Assembly (NCBI GenBank): GCA_963665295.1
Contig: OY762209.1
Location: 2,752,001-2,816,000 of the forward strand
Source: Syntrophorhabdaceae bacterium
GTDB taxonomy: Bacteria; Desulfobacterota; Syntrophorhabdia; Syntrophorhabdales; Syntrophorhabdaceae
Direction: 5' to 3'
Length of the DNA: 64,000 nt
The first letter of the stretch is position 1. Every line of letters begins with the position of its first letter. Below, in pieces: positions 1 through 10,136 of this stretch. Made by a program: the position numbers and the translations under genes. The notes beneath the pieces are model-generated. The model did no database searches and was not told where the DNA came from. It saw only the letters and a list, made by a program, of their open reading frames with translations.

Positions 1-981
1 AGGAGGGACTTTCAGTCCCTGGGAGATGCAGGCATCAACGGCGAGGGCTCCGTGCCCGCCGCTTCCCGTAATGATACCGATGTTGCCCTCGAAGGGTGTA
101 CGGTAGCAACTCAATGATTCGGCGAAGGAAACGAGCTCGAATTCGTCCTTGGCTTCGATGATGCCGTACTGAGCCATTACCGCGGAAAAGACTTCATAGT
201 TGCCGGCCATGGACGCAGTGTGGCTGCTTACCGCCTTGGTTCCCGCAGCGGTCTTGCCGGATTTGAGGACTATTACGGGCTTTCCGCACTGAGAGGCAGC
301 CATGGCGAATTCCCTTCCATCGTTCTTGTCGAATCCTTCCAGATAGAAGGCGATCACATCCGTGTCGGGATCATTGCCGAAATGCCTGACGAAGTCACAT
401 TCCTTGACAAAGGCCTTGTTTCCGATGCTGATACCGGCGGAAAGGCCGACCATCTCGGCCGCACACAGGACCATATGGTCCACAAGGATGCCGCCGCTCT
501 GGCTTATGAGGGCGACCCTTCCTTCACCGGGTTTGACCATCCGTTCGTTGGGCACGAAAAACGTGTCCATATAGGGCGGTGCGTAAATGCCGAGGCAGTT
601 GGGCCCGATAAAGGGGAACTCTGCCTCCCGCGCCATGGAAACAAGGCGGTCCTGAAGCGCCGTCTGGCCGACCTCGGAAAAACCTCCCGACACCACCACG
701 GCACCCTTGGCCCCGGCCCTGATACAGTCCTCCATGACCTTGGGCACAAACTCGGCCTTTGTGGCGATAACCGCCAGGTCCACCGGTTCGGGGATCTCCG
801 TAATGTTCGTCCAGAGTTTTTCGCCCCGGAGAACGCCCCCGCGCTCGTTCACGCCGAAGACCTTCACCTTGTGGCGGAGGTGATTTTTCTGAAAGATCAC
901 ATTTGCGGGGTGGTCATCCCTTGTGAGGGAGACCCCGATAACCGCCATCGTCCGGGGTTTCACTATGGTGCTTAAATCCAT
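1..981 (-). CDS. Acyl-CoA synthetase (NDP-forming) alpha-subunit-like / CoA-binding protein, 3' part runs off the window
   Basis: Not in the ORF track. Manual translation from ATG 981 (RBS AAGGAGG upstream): MDLSTIVKPRTMAVIGVS...; near the window edge KAVSSHTASMAG (phospho-His motif) and IGIITGSGGHGALAVD. Confidence 0.85.
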   Translation of the reverse strand, partial: MDLSTIVKPRTMAVIGVSLTRDDHPANVIFQKNHLRHKVKVFGVNERGGVLRGEKLWTNITEIPEPVDLAVIATKAEFVPKVMEDCIRAGAKGAVVVSGGFSEVGQTALQDRLVSMAREAEFPFIGPNCLGIYAPPYMDTFFVPNERMVKPGEGRVALISQSGGILVDHMVLCAAEMVGLSAGISIGNKAFVKECDFVRHFGNDPDTDVIAFYLEGFDKNDGREFAMAASQCGKPVIVLKSGKTAAGTKAVSSHTASMAGNYEVFSAVMAQYGIIEAKDEFELVSFAESLSCYRTPFEGNIGIITGSGGHGALAVDACISQGLKVPP

Positions 982-1027
982 GGCAACCTCCTTTTATGTC
1001 TTCAGTCCATGATGCCGGGACGGGGTG

Positions 1028-2455
1028 TCAGAACTTCACCCTTACCCGGTACGTAAGTTTCGTCTCTCCGTCCTTGCCCACGGGCACATCGAAGGAAACG
1101 GTGCGGGCATCTTCCTTCTTATATGCCTGCGATGCTTCCAGGACCTTCCAGTCCCCCGGGAGGGGTTCGACGACCTTGATAGTCACGCCCTCCTTTTTGT
1201 GGTTTCTCAGAGCGATCTCGAAGGCTACCTCGTAGGTGTCCTTTGAAATCTTTTCCCACTGGGTCTGTTTCCTTTTGGCTGCTATGTCAAAGGCGTAACC
1301 GAGCCTCGCCTTGATCAATTCGTCCTTGGGCGTATGCTCTATCCGGTCTTCGCCGATGAACTGGAGGCTGCCGTCGCTGTCGAGCTTGTACACCCTCATT
1401 GTCCCTTTCGGCAGGGGCATGCCGAGGTTGTTATCCTTCTTGTTCACTAGTTCCACGAAGACGGAGACCTTTTCCTTTGAAACAGGGTCCTCGTAGCGGC
1501 TCTGGAAATAGTAGGACGCGCCCCGGTATTCGAATTGTTTTTTCACGGGGATGTTCCCGGCATCGAGAAAACTTATCTGTTTGGTCTGGTTTTCCCGGAG
1601 CGTGGTCCGTCTGTCAAGTTTGTAAATGTGATACTCGAAGAAAGACTCTTCCCGGAATTGAGGCGCGGCCCCGGCCATAGCCCTGTCGGACTTGTACAAT
1701 GCCGGTGCCGGACGGGGCTGCTCGACCCGGTGGATGTCTCCTGCCACGAGTTTAAGCCGGGCGTCTTTATAGGGAGCGCCGCTTTTGTTGTCGATGGTCA
1801 CCCACCCGGAAAGGTCGGCCAAGGTATCTTTCTCATTGAGAAGGAGTACGTAATCCGCCTGCCACGTGATCCCGTTGGTGAGATAAAGGGCCTCGATCTC
1901 CCGGGGGCCGCTCGTCTTGCTCGCAAGGAGCCATACGAGGGTCGGTTTGGGAATGAGATTTTCCGGAAGACGGGGGAATATGATTCTTCCCGGGTGATTG
2001 AAAGTGATCTCATCGCCTATCTTGAAGACAGGCACTCCTCCATCGTTCGACAGGATCGTCGCCGCGACGATCTCCTCCTTGTCGGTATAGGGGTTTTTCG
2101 TCACGAGCTTTACCTCCTTGCCCACGTACTTGTCGCGGAGCTTCGAGGGATTCAGGAGGTCATACTCATAATTCTGCTCCAGCACCGACAGTCCGTCCTG
2201 GGCGGAGAGGGACCTGATGCTCACGCTCGCCGGTATAACCTGGGACGCTACATCCATGAACCTCAGTTCCTGGGTGCCCTTCGCAAGACTGATCCTTCTT
2301 AAGTCCTTTACGAGCCCGATATTGCTGTTGTAGACCGTGACTTCAACGGCTGTCTGGTCCCTGAGATCCGTCGAACGGGTCTCTGCGGCGTCTGCCGGTC
2401 CCCCGGCAAAGGTGAGGAGGGCGATCAGGAGTGCGGCGTGGAATAACTGTTTCAT
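1028..2455 (-). CDS. DUF4139-domain secreted protein
   Basis: Signal peptide MKQLFHAALLIALLTFAGGPADA after GGAGG RBS (ATG 2455); VTVYNSNIGLV, EQNYEYDLL, YLTNGITWQADY and LVAGDI segments typical of the family. Confidence 0.8.
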   Translation of the reverse strand: MKQLFHAALLIALLTFAGGPADAAETRSTDLRDQTAVEVTVYNSNIGLVKDLRRISLAKGTQELRFMDVASQVIPASVSIRSLSAQDGLSVLEQNYEYDLLNPSKLRDKYVGKEVKLVTKNPYTDKEEIVAATILSNDGGVPVFKIGDEITFNHPGRIIFPRLPENLIPKPTLVWLLASKTSGPREIEALYLTNGITWQADYVLLLNEKDTLADLSGWVTIDNKSGAPYKDARLKLVAGDIHRVEQPRPAPALYKSDRAMAGAAPQFREESFFEYHIYKLDRRTTLRENQTKQISFLDAGNIPVKKQFEYRGASYYFQSRYEDPVSKEKVSVFVELVNKKDNNLGMPLPKGTMRVYKLDSDGSLQFIGEDRIEHTPKDELIKARLGYAFDIAAKRKQTQWEKISKDTYEVAFEIALRNHKKEGVTIKVVEPLPGDWKVLEASQAYKKEDARTVSFDVPVGKDGETKLTYRVRVKF

Positions 2456-2494
2456 CGGTTTAACCTCCATCGTGTTATTGTGGATCAAGCCTGT

Positions 2495-5329
2495 TCATAC
2501 GTGACAAAGGAGATTGAAAGGGCAGGCGGAACAGGCAAGGTCATCGAAGGGCTTGAAAGGCACGGACCTGTCGAGAATGTGTCCGAGCACCGTGCTCACG
2601 CCCTCCATGTACTTCTCCTCAACGGATTCCCTTTCCTCCGGGGCCGCGGTTTTAAACAGCATTTCTTCCCGGTTGTTCTTAAGGAATATAAGCTTTGCAT
2701 TCACCTTTTGTGAAGAAGAAGGATGGTTCCCGCGAAAAAGAGTGATATAGACGGGAAGTTGAAAGGTGACGCCCTGTCCGTGGATATCCGCCATGGAACG
2801 GAAATCGGTCTTTAAAAAGGTCCCGCGGGAATACTGCCCGGCGCCCCCGGTCTTGTAATCTATTATGGTGAATTCGTCCTTTTCAGGGCAGAAGTCGATC
2901 CGGTCAACGCGCCCTTTCAGCCGCACCGAAACATCCCCCGCCTGGAACGGGGATTCGAAGGCCTGCTCAAGGTACTTCACGATGAAAGGATTTTCCGTTT
3001 CTCCCACATTTTTTCTGAGGAAGGAGTCGAGTTTGAAGGCCGCGATCTTCTTGAAGAGATAGAATTCTCCTGTAATGACCTTGTGCCTGAATTCCCTCTC
3101 CAGGGCTTCCGACATAAGGGCTGCCAGGGCTCCATGCGCGGAACGGTCAATCTCCTTGTCCTTAAAAGGCTCAAAAGTTTCGAAGAGGACCTGGTGGATG
3201 ATTTTCCCCCGGTCCATGGCATCGATATCTTCGGTAACCTCCTTTCTTTCCTCGAACTTCAGAACCCGGCTGAAGTAGAACGACACAGGACATCGTATAT
3301 ACGCGTCCATATCAGATGGCGAGTAGGTCCTCGCAAGGAGCGCCTCGTATATCTCGTCCGATTTTCGGATCTCGGGCAGTCTTCCTTGCGGCGCCAACCT
3401 TATGGGAAAGGACGTGGCGTCCACCTCGATGACATCGAGGGCTTTCTTCTCTTTCTCCGCTTCCCAGATGATCTGTTCTATATATCTGCTCCTGGGCCTG
3501 TCCTCGGCATCGACGTAGAGGAGGTGGACGTGCTTTGCCGATTTCACGAGGCGGTAGAAGTAATACCGGTAGATTTCCTCGTTATGCTCGGGCGAGGGTA
3601 TGCCGAGTTTCTCATAAACGCCCAGGGGGACAAGGGGATCGATCTTCCTCGGCTGGGGCATGATCCCTTCGTTCGCGTCGAGCATGATCACCGTATCGAA
3701 ACGGATGCTCCTCGATTCGAGGACCCCTATGATCTCGAGAGGCTCAACGGGCCGCGTCTCGAAGGGAAGGGTGGCCGACTTCATAAACTGAAGGAGGAAT
3801 CCGCACACGGTCTGCCTGTTCCCTTTTTCGTTCCTGTCGAATATTTCCCTGCTGAACCTTGTTTCCCGCACTCTTTCAAGCAACTCGAAGGTACGGGTGA
3901 ATATCTCGCCGGAAAGCACGTAGGAGCGCACAGGGGTGTTTCTGAGGACGAAATCGAGCAACTGTTCGAGTTTTCCCGCGAATCCGTAAAGGGTTGTTTC
4001 GCTTTCGAAGGACCGGAAAAAGAGATCATGTACTTCCCTGAGGGCTGTCACGGCCCCCTGGGCGACAACGAGGGCGGCCCCGTCCCTTACGCTCAAGGCC
4101 TGGGCGGCATTCTCCATCTCTCCGAGGGTGACAAAAGCCTTGTGCGCCACCGTAAGCCCCGGTATTTCCCCTGCGAGCGCCCTTTCCAGGGCGAGAAGGA
4201 GGGTCCTCAAGCCTTCGTGGAGGTTAAGATTTTTTACAAAGGGGTGGAGCATTACCTTGAGATATGACTTTACAGGGTAGAGGGTGCGGTCTCTCTTCGT
4301 AGTCTGGCTGTTGATCACGTTGGAGATGAGGTCGAAGACCGGTGTCCGCATGAGGGGGTAGCCGAGGGATATGTTATACCGGGTATCGATGCCGTCGATT
4401 GCGAAGGTGAGGAGGGGAAAGAGCGCCTCCGACAGGGGAAGGACTACCGCGGTCTTTTCGGACTCCGTCCGCTCCAGAATGGTGAGGACCTTCAGGGCCT
4501 CCGCGTGGGTATCGAAACCGGAATAGAGTCTCACCCTCTCGGGAGACCTGGTTTCCACGGGGATCTTCTCCACTTTTGCGCCGAAATGGGCTACGAGGTC
4601 CTTGAGTATCCTCCACTCTTCCACATCCCCTTCGAAGATGATGTCCCCGGTGCCCCGCTCCCAGAAGTGCTTCGTGACCTTTTTCTCGACGCCCGTCATT
4701 CCGAAAATACCCGCAAAATAAATATGCTCGAATTCGTCGAAGCCGGATTTATCGAGGGCGGCCGCCGTCAGGATACACTTGTATCCCCTGGTGAAGAGGT
4801 GTTCTTCGTCAAGTATGGAGTGGAAGCGCTCCCTCAGGAGGCTGATATTCACGAGGAGGTCGTTGATGCTCTCCGGGACGTCGTAACCGAGTTCCGCGTT
4901 CTTTTCAAGGGAATGGAGCTTCGCCGAGGAGATGTTCTCCGCATCGATCTGGTCTATGAAGGAGAAAAGGTATTGTCCCCAATAATAGAACCTGTCGAAA
5001 CCTTTTTGTCTGAGCGGGTGGTTGCGAAAGGGTTCAAGGGATTCGACTGCCTGGTAAAGAAGCCAGATAGCGTCATTGTATTCCAGGTCCGTAAAGGTAG
5101 GGTAGAAGGCCCCTGCCATGTGGTCGGTAAAGGTGTCAACGGAAAAGAATCCCGGGGCGTAAAACGGGCGGCCGAGTTTTTCCGATAGTCTTCTTCTCAG
5201 GTAGAGGGCCGGTCTTTTGCCGGGGAAGACCACCGCGAGGCGATCGAGGGGTATTTCATCCTTGAGGATGAAGGCACTGAGCCCGTCTATGAAATCTGCT
5301 CCGAAGGGTATGGAGTAGAGCGGCCTCAC
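2495..5329 (-). CDS. addB: AddB-like subunit: inactivated helicase fold plus C-terminal PD-(D/E)XK nuclease with Fe-S cysteines
   Basis: VVFPGKR N-terminus; GRVDRID...IIDYKT nuclease motif; Cys pattern YIRCP...CSACPFNLLC; 4-nt overlap with the helicase gene. Confidence 0.8.
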   Translation of the reverse strand: MRPLYSIPFGADFIDGLSAFILKDEIPLDRLAVVFPGKRPALYLRRRLSEKLGRPFYAPGFFSVDTFTDHMAGAFYPTFTDLEYNDAIWLLYQAVESLEPFRNHPLRQKGFDRFYYWGQYLFSFIDQIDAENISSAKLHSLEKNAELGYDVPESINDLLVNISLLRERFHSILDEEHLFTRGYKCILTAAALDKSGFDEFEHIYFAGIFGMTGVEKKVTKHFWERGTGDIIFEGDVEEWRILKDLVAHFGAKVEKIPVETRSPERVRLYSGFDTHAEALKVLTILERTESEKTAVVLPLSEALFPLLTFAIDGIDTRYNISLGYPLMRTPVFDLISNVINSQTTKRDRTLYPVKSYLKVMLHPFVKNLNLHEGLRTLLLALERALAGEIPGLTVAHKAFVTLGEMENAAQALSVRDGAALVVAQGAVTALREVHDLFFRSFESETTLYGFAGKLEQLLDFVLRNTPVRSYVLSGEIFTRTFELLERVRETRFSREIFDRNEKGNRQTVCGFLLQFMKSATLPFETRPVEPLEIIGVLESRSIRFDTVIMLDANEGIMPQPRKIDPLVPLGVYEKLGIPSPEHNEEIYRYYFYRLVKSAKHVHLLYVDAEDRPRSRYIEQIIWEAEKEKKALDVIEVDATSFPIRLAPQGRLPEIRKSDEIYEALLARTYSPSDMDAYIRCPVSFYFSRVLKFEERKEVTEDIDAMDRGKIIHQVLFETFEPFKDKEIDRSAHGALAALMSEALEREFRHKVITGEFYLFKKIAAFKLDSFLRKNVGETENPFIVKYLEQAFESPFQAGDVSVRLKGRVDRIDFCPEKDEFTIIDYKTGGAGQYSRGTFLKTDFRSMADIHGQGVTFQLPVYITLFRGNHPSSSQKVNAKLIFLKNNREEMLFKTAAPEERESVEEKYMEGVSTVLGHILDRSVPFKPFDDLACSACPFNLLCHV

Positions 5330-8300
5330 AGGGTCTCCAGCCTGTTTTCGTCAATGTAGAGGAGGTGTTTCGCCACGGGCCTGTCCTTGTGAATTTGCTC
5401 CAGGAGGCGTCCATAGTTGCGTATCTGCTCCACGTGTTCCTTGCTCCGGGTCTCGCCGGTCTTGAAGTCGATCACGTCCACGCGGTCCTCCCGGATCACT
5501 ATGCGGTCCGCCTTGTACGCTTCACCTCTCTTATCCACGATCTCCTTTTCCGTATATACGGTGCTGCCGTTTCCTGGGAGGAAGAAACTTCTGAACGGTC
5601 CGTAACTGAAGAAGCGGGTCATCATGTCCCGGATCTCCTTCTCGTGGCTCGAAAGCCCGAAGCGCAGGACCCCCTGACGTATCGCGTTGTTGAGGACCGT
5701 ATCGTCGCCCTCGGGGAAATAGGGGATAAGGGAGAGGATGAAATGAATCACATCCCCTTTTTTCTTTGCTGAGACTTGTTCCCTCGAACAGCTTTCGGAA
5801 GGCTCGAACTTGCCGCGCACCTTTTCGAGCCACCTGAGCTGTCCTGTTTCGCCGAAACGGGGAGCCTCCCATGGGGAAGGAGCCGGACTTTCTCTCAAGG
5901 AGGGTCGGGTGCCGTCGTATTCCTTCTTCCGCCCCATCTCCAGGATACTGCCTCGCGCGAAGGGCTTGAGTTTCTCCAGGACAAAGAGGTAATCGATGAA
6001 GTAATTCTTCTGCCTTTTGGAATCGGCAAGGATTATATAGAGTTCCTTTTCGGCACGGGTGCATGCCACGTAGGCGCTATTGATTTCATCGATCAGGTAC
6101 TCCGTCTCTTTTTCGAGATAGATGTCCCTCAACTTCGGCGAATAATCGATATATTCCCTCTTGATCTGAAGGAGCTTCAGACCCACCTCGTCCGCCACGA
6201 AGAATTTACCCTTTTCCCTCCTGTCCGAAGCGCCGAAATCGGCGAGTTTCAGGAAGGGGAGGATTACCACGGGGAATTGGAGCCCCTTTGCCTTGTGGAC
6301 GGTGAGCACCCGGACGGCGTTCGCCCCCTCCGTTGTCTTGAGGAGGAAAGGCGTCTCGTCTTCCTGTTCATCGCCGAAAGCCGAGCCGCCGCCCCCTCTC
6401 CAGAATTGGAGGAAGCCGGTAAGGTTGTTGCTTCCCAGGCCCTCCCTCTTCTTGATCAACTCACATACATGGAGAAAGTAGGGGGCATCCTTGGGAAATC
6501 GGCTTAATATGGCCCAGCGCTTGAGGATCAGGACAAAAAGCTCGTAGAGGGGGAGGTATCCCGCGCTCTTGAAAAAGGTGGCGAAATATTCATCCCACAG
6601 GACGGGATGGGAGCGCTGAAAAGCCCGGTAGAGGGGGGTTGAACCACCATGCAGACGTCTGACAGTAATCCACTGGATAATCTCGTTCCGCCTGGCGGGG
6701 GAGACTTCCTTCATAATCGTGCCCGTGAGGAACCCTGCAAGGGCTGCGTCGTCGTGGGGCGTGCCGAGGAACTGGAGAAGGCCGATCATCTCTTTTATGA
6801 GGGGGTTGTTCTTTACGTTGACCGTGAATTCCGAGTCCACGCTTATTCCCGCTTCAAGGAGCTTTTTTACGATCAACTCCGCCTCCTGCCTCCTTCTCAC
6901 AAGAACAGCGACATTGCGGTCCTCGTATATCCCGCGGGCCCTTATTTCCTTGACCATGGCCTCGACTTTTTCCGCGACGAGCCGGTTGCGCGTCTCCCTG
7001 GAAAATGTCTCGTCGGATTCAGTCTCCTCAGTGTCTTCGCAGAGCTTCTCCACGTATACGTATCCATCCCCTTTCTTTGCGTCGAGGCATTGCTGGCCCG
7101 ACCCCTGGTAGGTTTCGAGTATCCTGAGCCAGCCCGCGGGGATCTCCGGTTTTGCGAAACTTGCGAGGAGGCGCATGATATTGCCCGTATCGAAGACCTC
7201 GTTGTTAAAGGCTATCACGTGCTCTCCGCTCCGGTAGTTGATATCGAGGCAGAGCGGGTACATTGCGTATGACGGATAGGAACCGGCAATCTCATCCACC
7301 AGCTCCGCTTTTCCGCCACGCCAACGGTATATGGCTTGTTTCTTGTCGCCCACGAGAAAGAGGGTGCCGCCCCTGCTCAGGGCTTCGTCCGCGAGGACGC
7401 CGATGTTCTTCCATTGGAGGTGGTTTGTGTCCTGGAATTCGTCGATAAGGAAATGGGAGTACCGCTCGGCAAGGGCATAGTATATCTCCGGGATAAAATG
7501 TTTCCCGCAGATCACGTCCTGGAGCAGCTTGTTCAACTCTTCGATGAGGATGAGCCGTTGGCGGTAGGTAACCTCTCCTCTCAGGCGGTCCTTGAAAAGC
7601 CTGTAGACTTCCAGATAGGAGGAAAACTTGGTCTCCGCCATGCCTTCCACCAGGAGGGCGATGAGGCCCCTGATATCTTTCCAGGCCTCTTCGGCCTCTC
7701 CGTCCGCCTCCGCGCTCCCCTTATTGAGGGATTGGGCGATTGTCTTTCTCCTGAAACAGGCGCTCCCCTTGAAGCCGGTCTTATCCACGGCGGAAAGGTT
7801 GGTGAGGGCGTTGACGAAGTCTTTTCGGGGCTTCAGGCCCTCCGCTTTCAGAAGGTGCGCGAGGAGCGCCGCCGATGCCGCGGCGATTCCCTTGCGGAGG
7901 CCGTCAACCCTTTCAAGTCCCCCATCGACGAGAAACTCTTTGTTCTCCTTGGCCTCCTCTTTCCAGAATCGGTAGACCGTGTCCGTAAGGAACCTCTTCG
8001 GCACCCACGCGGTGTTCTCGCCCTCGATCTCCACATAGGACCGGAGAAAGGCGTCGAAGGTTCTCCTCACGTCGGTGTTCTCAAGGATTTCCTGGAGGAC
8101 CTCCTGGACCACGGCGTCCACGTAGAGGGCCGATTCGGTGGATATCTCGAAATCGGGCGGCAGGCCCAGCTTGAAGGCCGATGCCTTCAATGTGAGGTTC
8201 ACGAAGCTGTCTATGGTGCCGACCTTGAAGTCGTAGAAATTCTTTATCAGGTCTTCGAAATCCGCCTCCACGGAACGCATGATCTCCGCCCTCTGTTTCT

Positions 8301-8592
8301 CGTCGAAGGGGCCGGAGACAATCTGGTCAACGGGCTTGATCGAGGAGCCTTTGAAGGGGATATCGAGGATGATCCTCTTCATCCAGTCGATGATCCGGCT
8401 TCGCATCTCGGAAGCGGCCTTGTTGGTGAAGGTTATGGCCACGATATTACATATGTGGCTCCTCAAGTCCGGCCGGCCCACGGCGCTGCCCAGGGTGAGA
8501 AGCTGAAGGTAACGGAGCGCGAGGTTGTAGGTCTTGCCCGCCCCCGCAGAAGATTTGACGGTGACGATATGGGGGAATTCCCGGTTATCCAT
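5326..8592 (-). CDS. addA: AddA-like UvrD-family helicase with C-terminal RecB-type nuclease
   Basis: Walker A SAGAGKT, ITFTNKAA, DEFQDT, VGDKKQAIYRWRGG, TVHKAKGLQF, YVACTRA; nuclease ADRIV...VIDFKT. Confidence 0.88.
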   Translation of the reverse strand: MDNREFPHIVTVKSSAGAGKTYNLALRYLQLLTLGSAVGRPDLRSHICNIVAITFTNKAASEMRSRIIDWMKRIILDIPFKGSSIKPVDQIVSGPFDEKQRAEIMRSVEADFEDLIKNFYDFKVGTIDSFVNLTLKASAFKLGLPPDFEISTESALYVDAVVQEVLQEILENTDVRRTFDAFLRSYVEIEGENTAWVPKRFLTDTVYRFWKEEAKENKEFLVDGGLERVDGLRKGIAAASAALLAHLLKAEGLKPRKDFVNALTNLSAVDKTGFKGSACFRRKTIAQSLNKGSAEADGEAEEAWKDIRGLIALLVEGMAETKFSSYLEVYRLFKDRLRGEVTYRQRLILIEELNKLLQDVICGKHFIPEIYYALAERYSHFLIDEFQDTNHLQWKNIGVLADEALSRGGTLFLVGDKKQAIYRWRGGKAELVDEIAGSYPSYAMYPLCLDINYRSGEHVIAFNNEVFDTGNIMRLLASFAKPEIPAGWLRILETYQGSGQQCLDAKKGDGYVYVEKLCEDTEETESDETFSRETRNRLVAEKVEAMVKEIRARGIYEDRNVAVLVRRRQEAELIVKKLLEAGISVDSEFTVNVKNNPLIKEMIGLLQFLGTPHDDAALAGFLTGTIMKEVSPARRNEIIQWITVRRLHGGSTPLYRAFQRSHPVLWDEYFATFFKSAGYLPLYELFVLILKRWAILSRFPKDAPYFLHVCELIKKREGLGSNNLTGFLQFWRGGGGSAFGDEQEDETPFLLKTTEGANAVRVLTVHKAKGLQFPVVILPFLKLADFGASDRREKGKFFVADEVGLKLLQIKREYIDYSPKLRDIYLEKETEYLIDEINSAYVACTRAEKELYIILADSKRQKNYFIDYLFVLEKLKPFARGSILEMGRKKEYDGTRPSLRESPAPSPWEAPRFGETGQLRWLEKVRGKFEPSESCSREQVSAKKKGDVIHFILSLIPYFPEGDDTVLNNAIRQGVLRFGLSSHEKEIRDMMTRFFSYGPFRSFFLPGNGSTVYTEKEIVDKRGEAYKADRIVIREDRVDVIDFKTGETRSKEHVEQIRNYGRLLEQIHKDRPVAKHLLYIDENRLETL

Positions 8593-8655
8593 GAAACACG
8601 CGCCTTCTCATCATCAGAAAAAGATAGCATGTGAGAAGGTTTTTGGCGACAACTA

Positions 8656-9492
8656 TTATGGCTGCCCACGTCCTTCGCTGCGCCACTCACGGTAAAAGGT
8701 TTCCAATGTCTCCCGTATGTTCCTGCCTACGGCGATATATGCAGGGTCTTCCATGTTGGCGAGAGAGACCCTGAGCGTCCAAGGGGGAGCGGCAAACCCT
8801 TCACCGGGAAGGCACAGGGTCAGCCTGTCGCGGGCGAGGCTGAAAAGGAAGTCATGGAGCGTCCGGCTTTCGGAGAGGTATTGCTGAAAGGCTTCGCCGC
8901 CCATGGACCCCGCCATGGCCCCTATGTCGATAAGGGCGTAATAATTTGTGCTGTGGGGGAGGTTGGGAGGAGCCATGCCAAGTCCTTCGTGGAGAGCGGC
9001 AACCCTTGCGCGAAGAAGGGCGCGGACCTCGTCTTTGTAATGCCGGTTTTCGTCGGAGAGGCTGAAAAGGGAAAAGAGGCACATGATTGCCTGCTGGGGA
9101 CATGACAATCCCCCTGTGTGGGCAAGGGCGATGTCCCTGCTGTCCATGGCGAGACGGGCATAGCGGAGGGCCCGGTCAAAAAAGTCCGTTCCCGGACCCG
9201 GTGATTCGTCAAAGTATCGGACCAGCCTTTCGGCGATACCGATTCCCGATGGCCGGAAACCGAGGTGAGAAAGGGAGTTACGGACCGATGAACACCTGAG
9301 GGCGAAGAGGCTGAGATGGGAAAAGGCCGCCCTTGCCGTGGCGTTGAAGAAGTTGGGGTTGGCTCTTCCCGCGTCCAGCACGCTGCAGCGGTCGCCGTCC
9401 CTGTTCCTCCGCCTGCATGCCTGGTGCGCCGTTTCTTCCAGGACCTTCTGGACTTCAAAGGGAGTGAGGTCTTCTATCTCTTTCTGTGCGAT
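8656..9492 (-). pseudogene. Aspartate 4-decarboxylase (AsdA/AspD) homologue with central in-frame deletion and ATC at the expected start; probable remnant
   Basis: LTPFEV, LDAGRANPNF, DSRDIALAHTGGLSCPQQ, NYYALID and LPGEGF...RVSLAN match the N- and C-terminal parts of AsdA as I recall them. Only about 278 codons; no SFSK-type PLP-lysine motif. Confidence 0.7.
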
Positions 9493-9564
9493 ACGTCAGC
9501 CTCCGCAGGATCGGTCACCTTCTAAACATAATACCGGTCCTGTCCGCTGCCTATCCCCCCGGCG

Positions 9565-10041
9565 CTATTCCGGATGGGTCCGCCCGGCCCGGGAGGGTGT
9601 CTGGAAGAGAAGCTCCTCTATAATCTCCGCCGCATCTTTGACGAATACGGCGCAGAGCCGGGTGTGAAGGTCATTTTCCTTCATAAACTTCATGCCCTCG
9701 GGGGTCCCTACTTCGCAGCCGAGCAATTCCCTGCAGAGGAGCGTAAAATGGCGGGCCTTGAACCGCTCGATAAATTCCTGCGCGGTCCCGTACGTCCTTT
9801 TCTTGGCCTCCTTGTCTTTCGCATCCGTCATGCCCCGGGCGAGGCCTATGACCATGAGGGCCCCGCTCACCGCGCCGCACGTCTCGCCCATGGCGGCCAC
9901 GCCGCCCCCGAAGGCCGCCGCCGTCCTGAGGGCATCGTCCCTCGTAAGACCGAATTCGGGGCCGTACGCAGCGACCACCGCCTGGGCGCAGTTAAAGCCC
10001 TCCTGAAAACAATGCAGAGCCCGATCAATTCCGTCAGTCAC
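9565..10041 (-). CDS. C-GCAxxG-C-C family (putative redox) protein
   Basis: FNCAQAV, FGGG, TCGAVSGA, CRELLG and C-terminal Cys; GTG 10041 follows a GGAGG RBS. Confidence 0.85.
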   Translation of the reverse strand: MTDGIDRALHCFQEGFNCAQAVVAAYGPEFGLTRDDALRTAAAFGGGVAAMGETCGAVSGALMVIGLARGMTDAKDKEAKKRTYGTAQEFIERFKARHFTLLCRELLGCEVGTPEGMKFMKENDLHTRLCAVFVKDAAEIIEELLFQTPSRAGRTHPE

Positions 10042-10068
10042 TTCTGTTCCTCCTTGCATGTCGTGTTT

Positions 10069-10112
10069 AAAAGAAAAACCCCGCCCGGACCTTTCGGGTC
10101 ACTCGGGCGGGG
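10069..10112 (-). terminator. Intrinsic terminator after the Tim44-like gene
   Basis: CCCCGCCCG...CGGGCGGGG stem followed by TTTTTCTTTT on the minus strand. Confidence 0.8.
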
Positions 10113-10136
10113 AGATTGTTTCCTGTTGCTGATGAA

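Noticed and set aside
220..975. Long antisense or alternate-frame ORFs in the track (e.g. 220-975, 3083-4267, 7336-8634, 37493-39019, 42076-43365)
   Set aside because: They shadow well-supported genes on the opposite strand, as expected in GC-rich DNA, and show no motifs.
2495..8592. Helicase plus nuclease pair as a novel defence system
   Set aside because: Motifs and coupling match the housekeeping AddAB recombination complex; no defence-island context.
9565..10041. C-GCAxxG-C-C protein as a selenoprotein
   Set aside because: All motif positions are ordinary Cys codons; no in-frame TGA.
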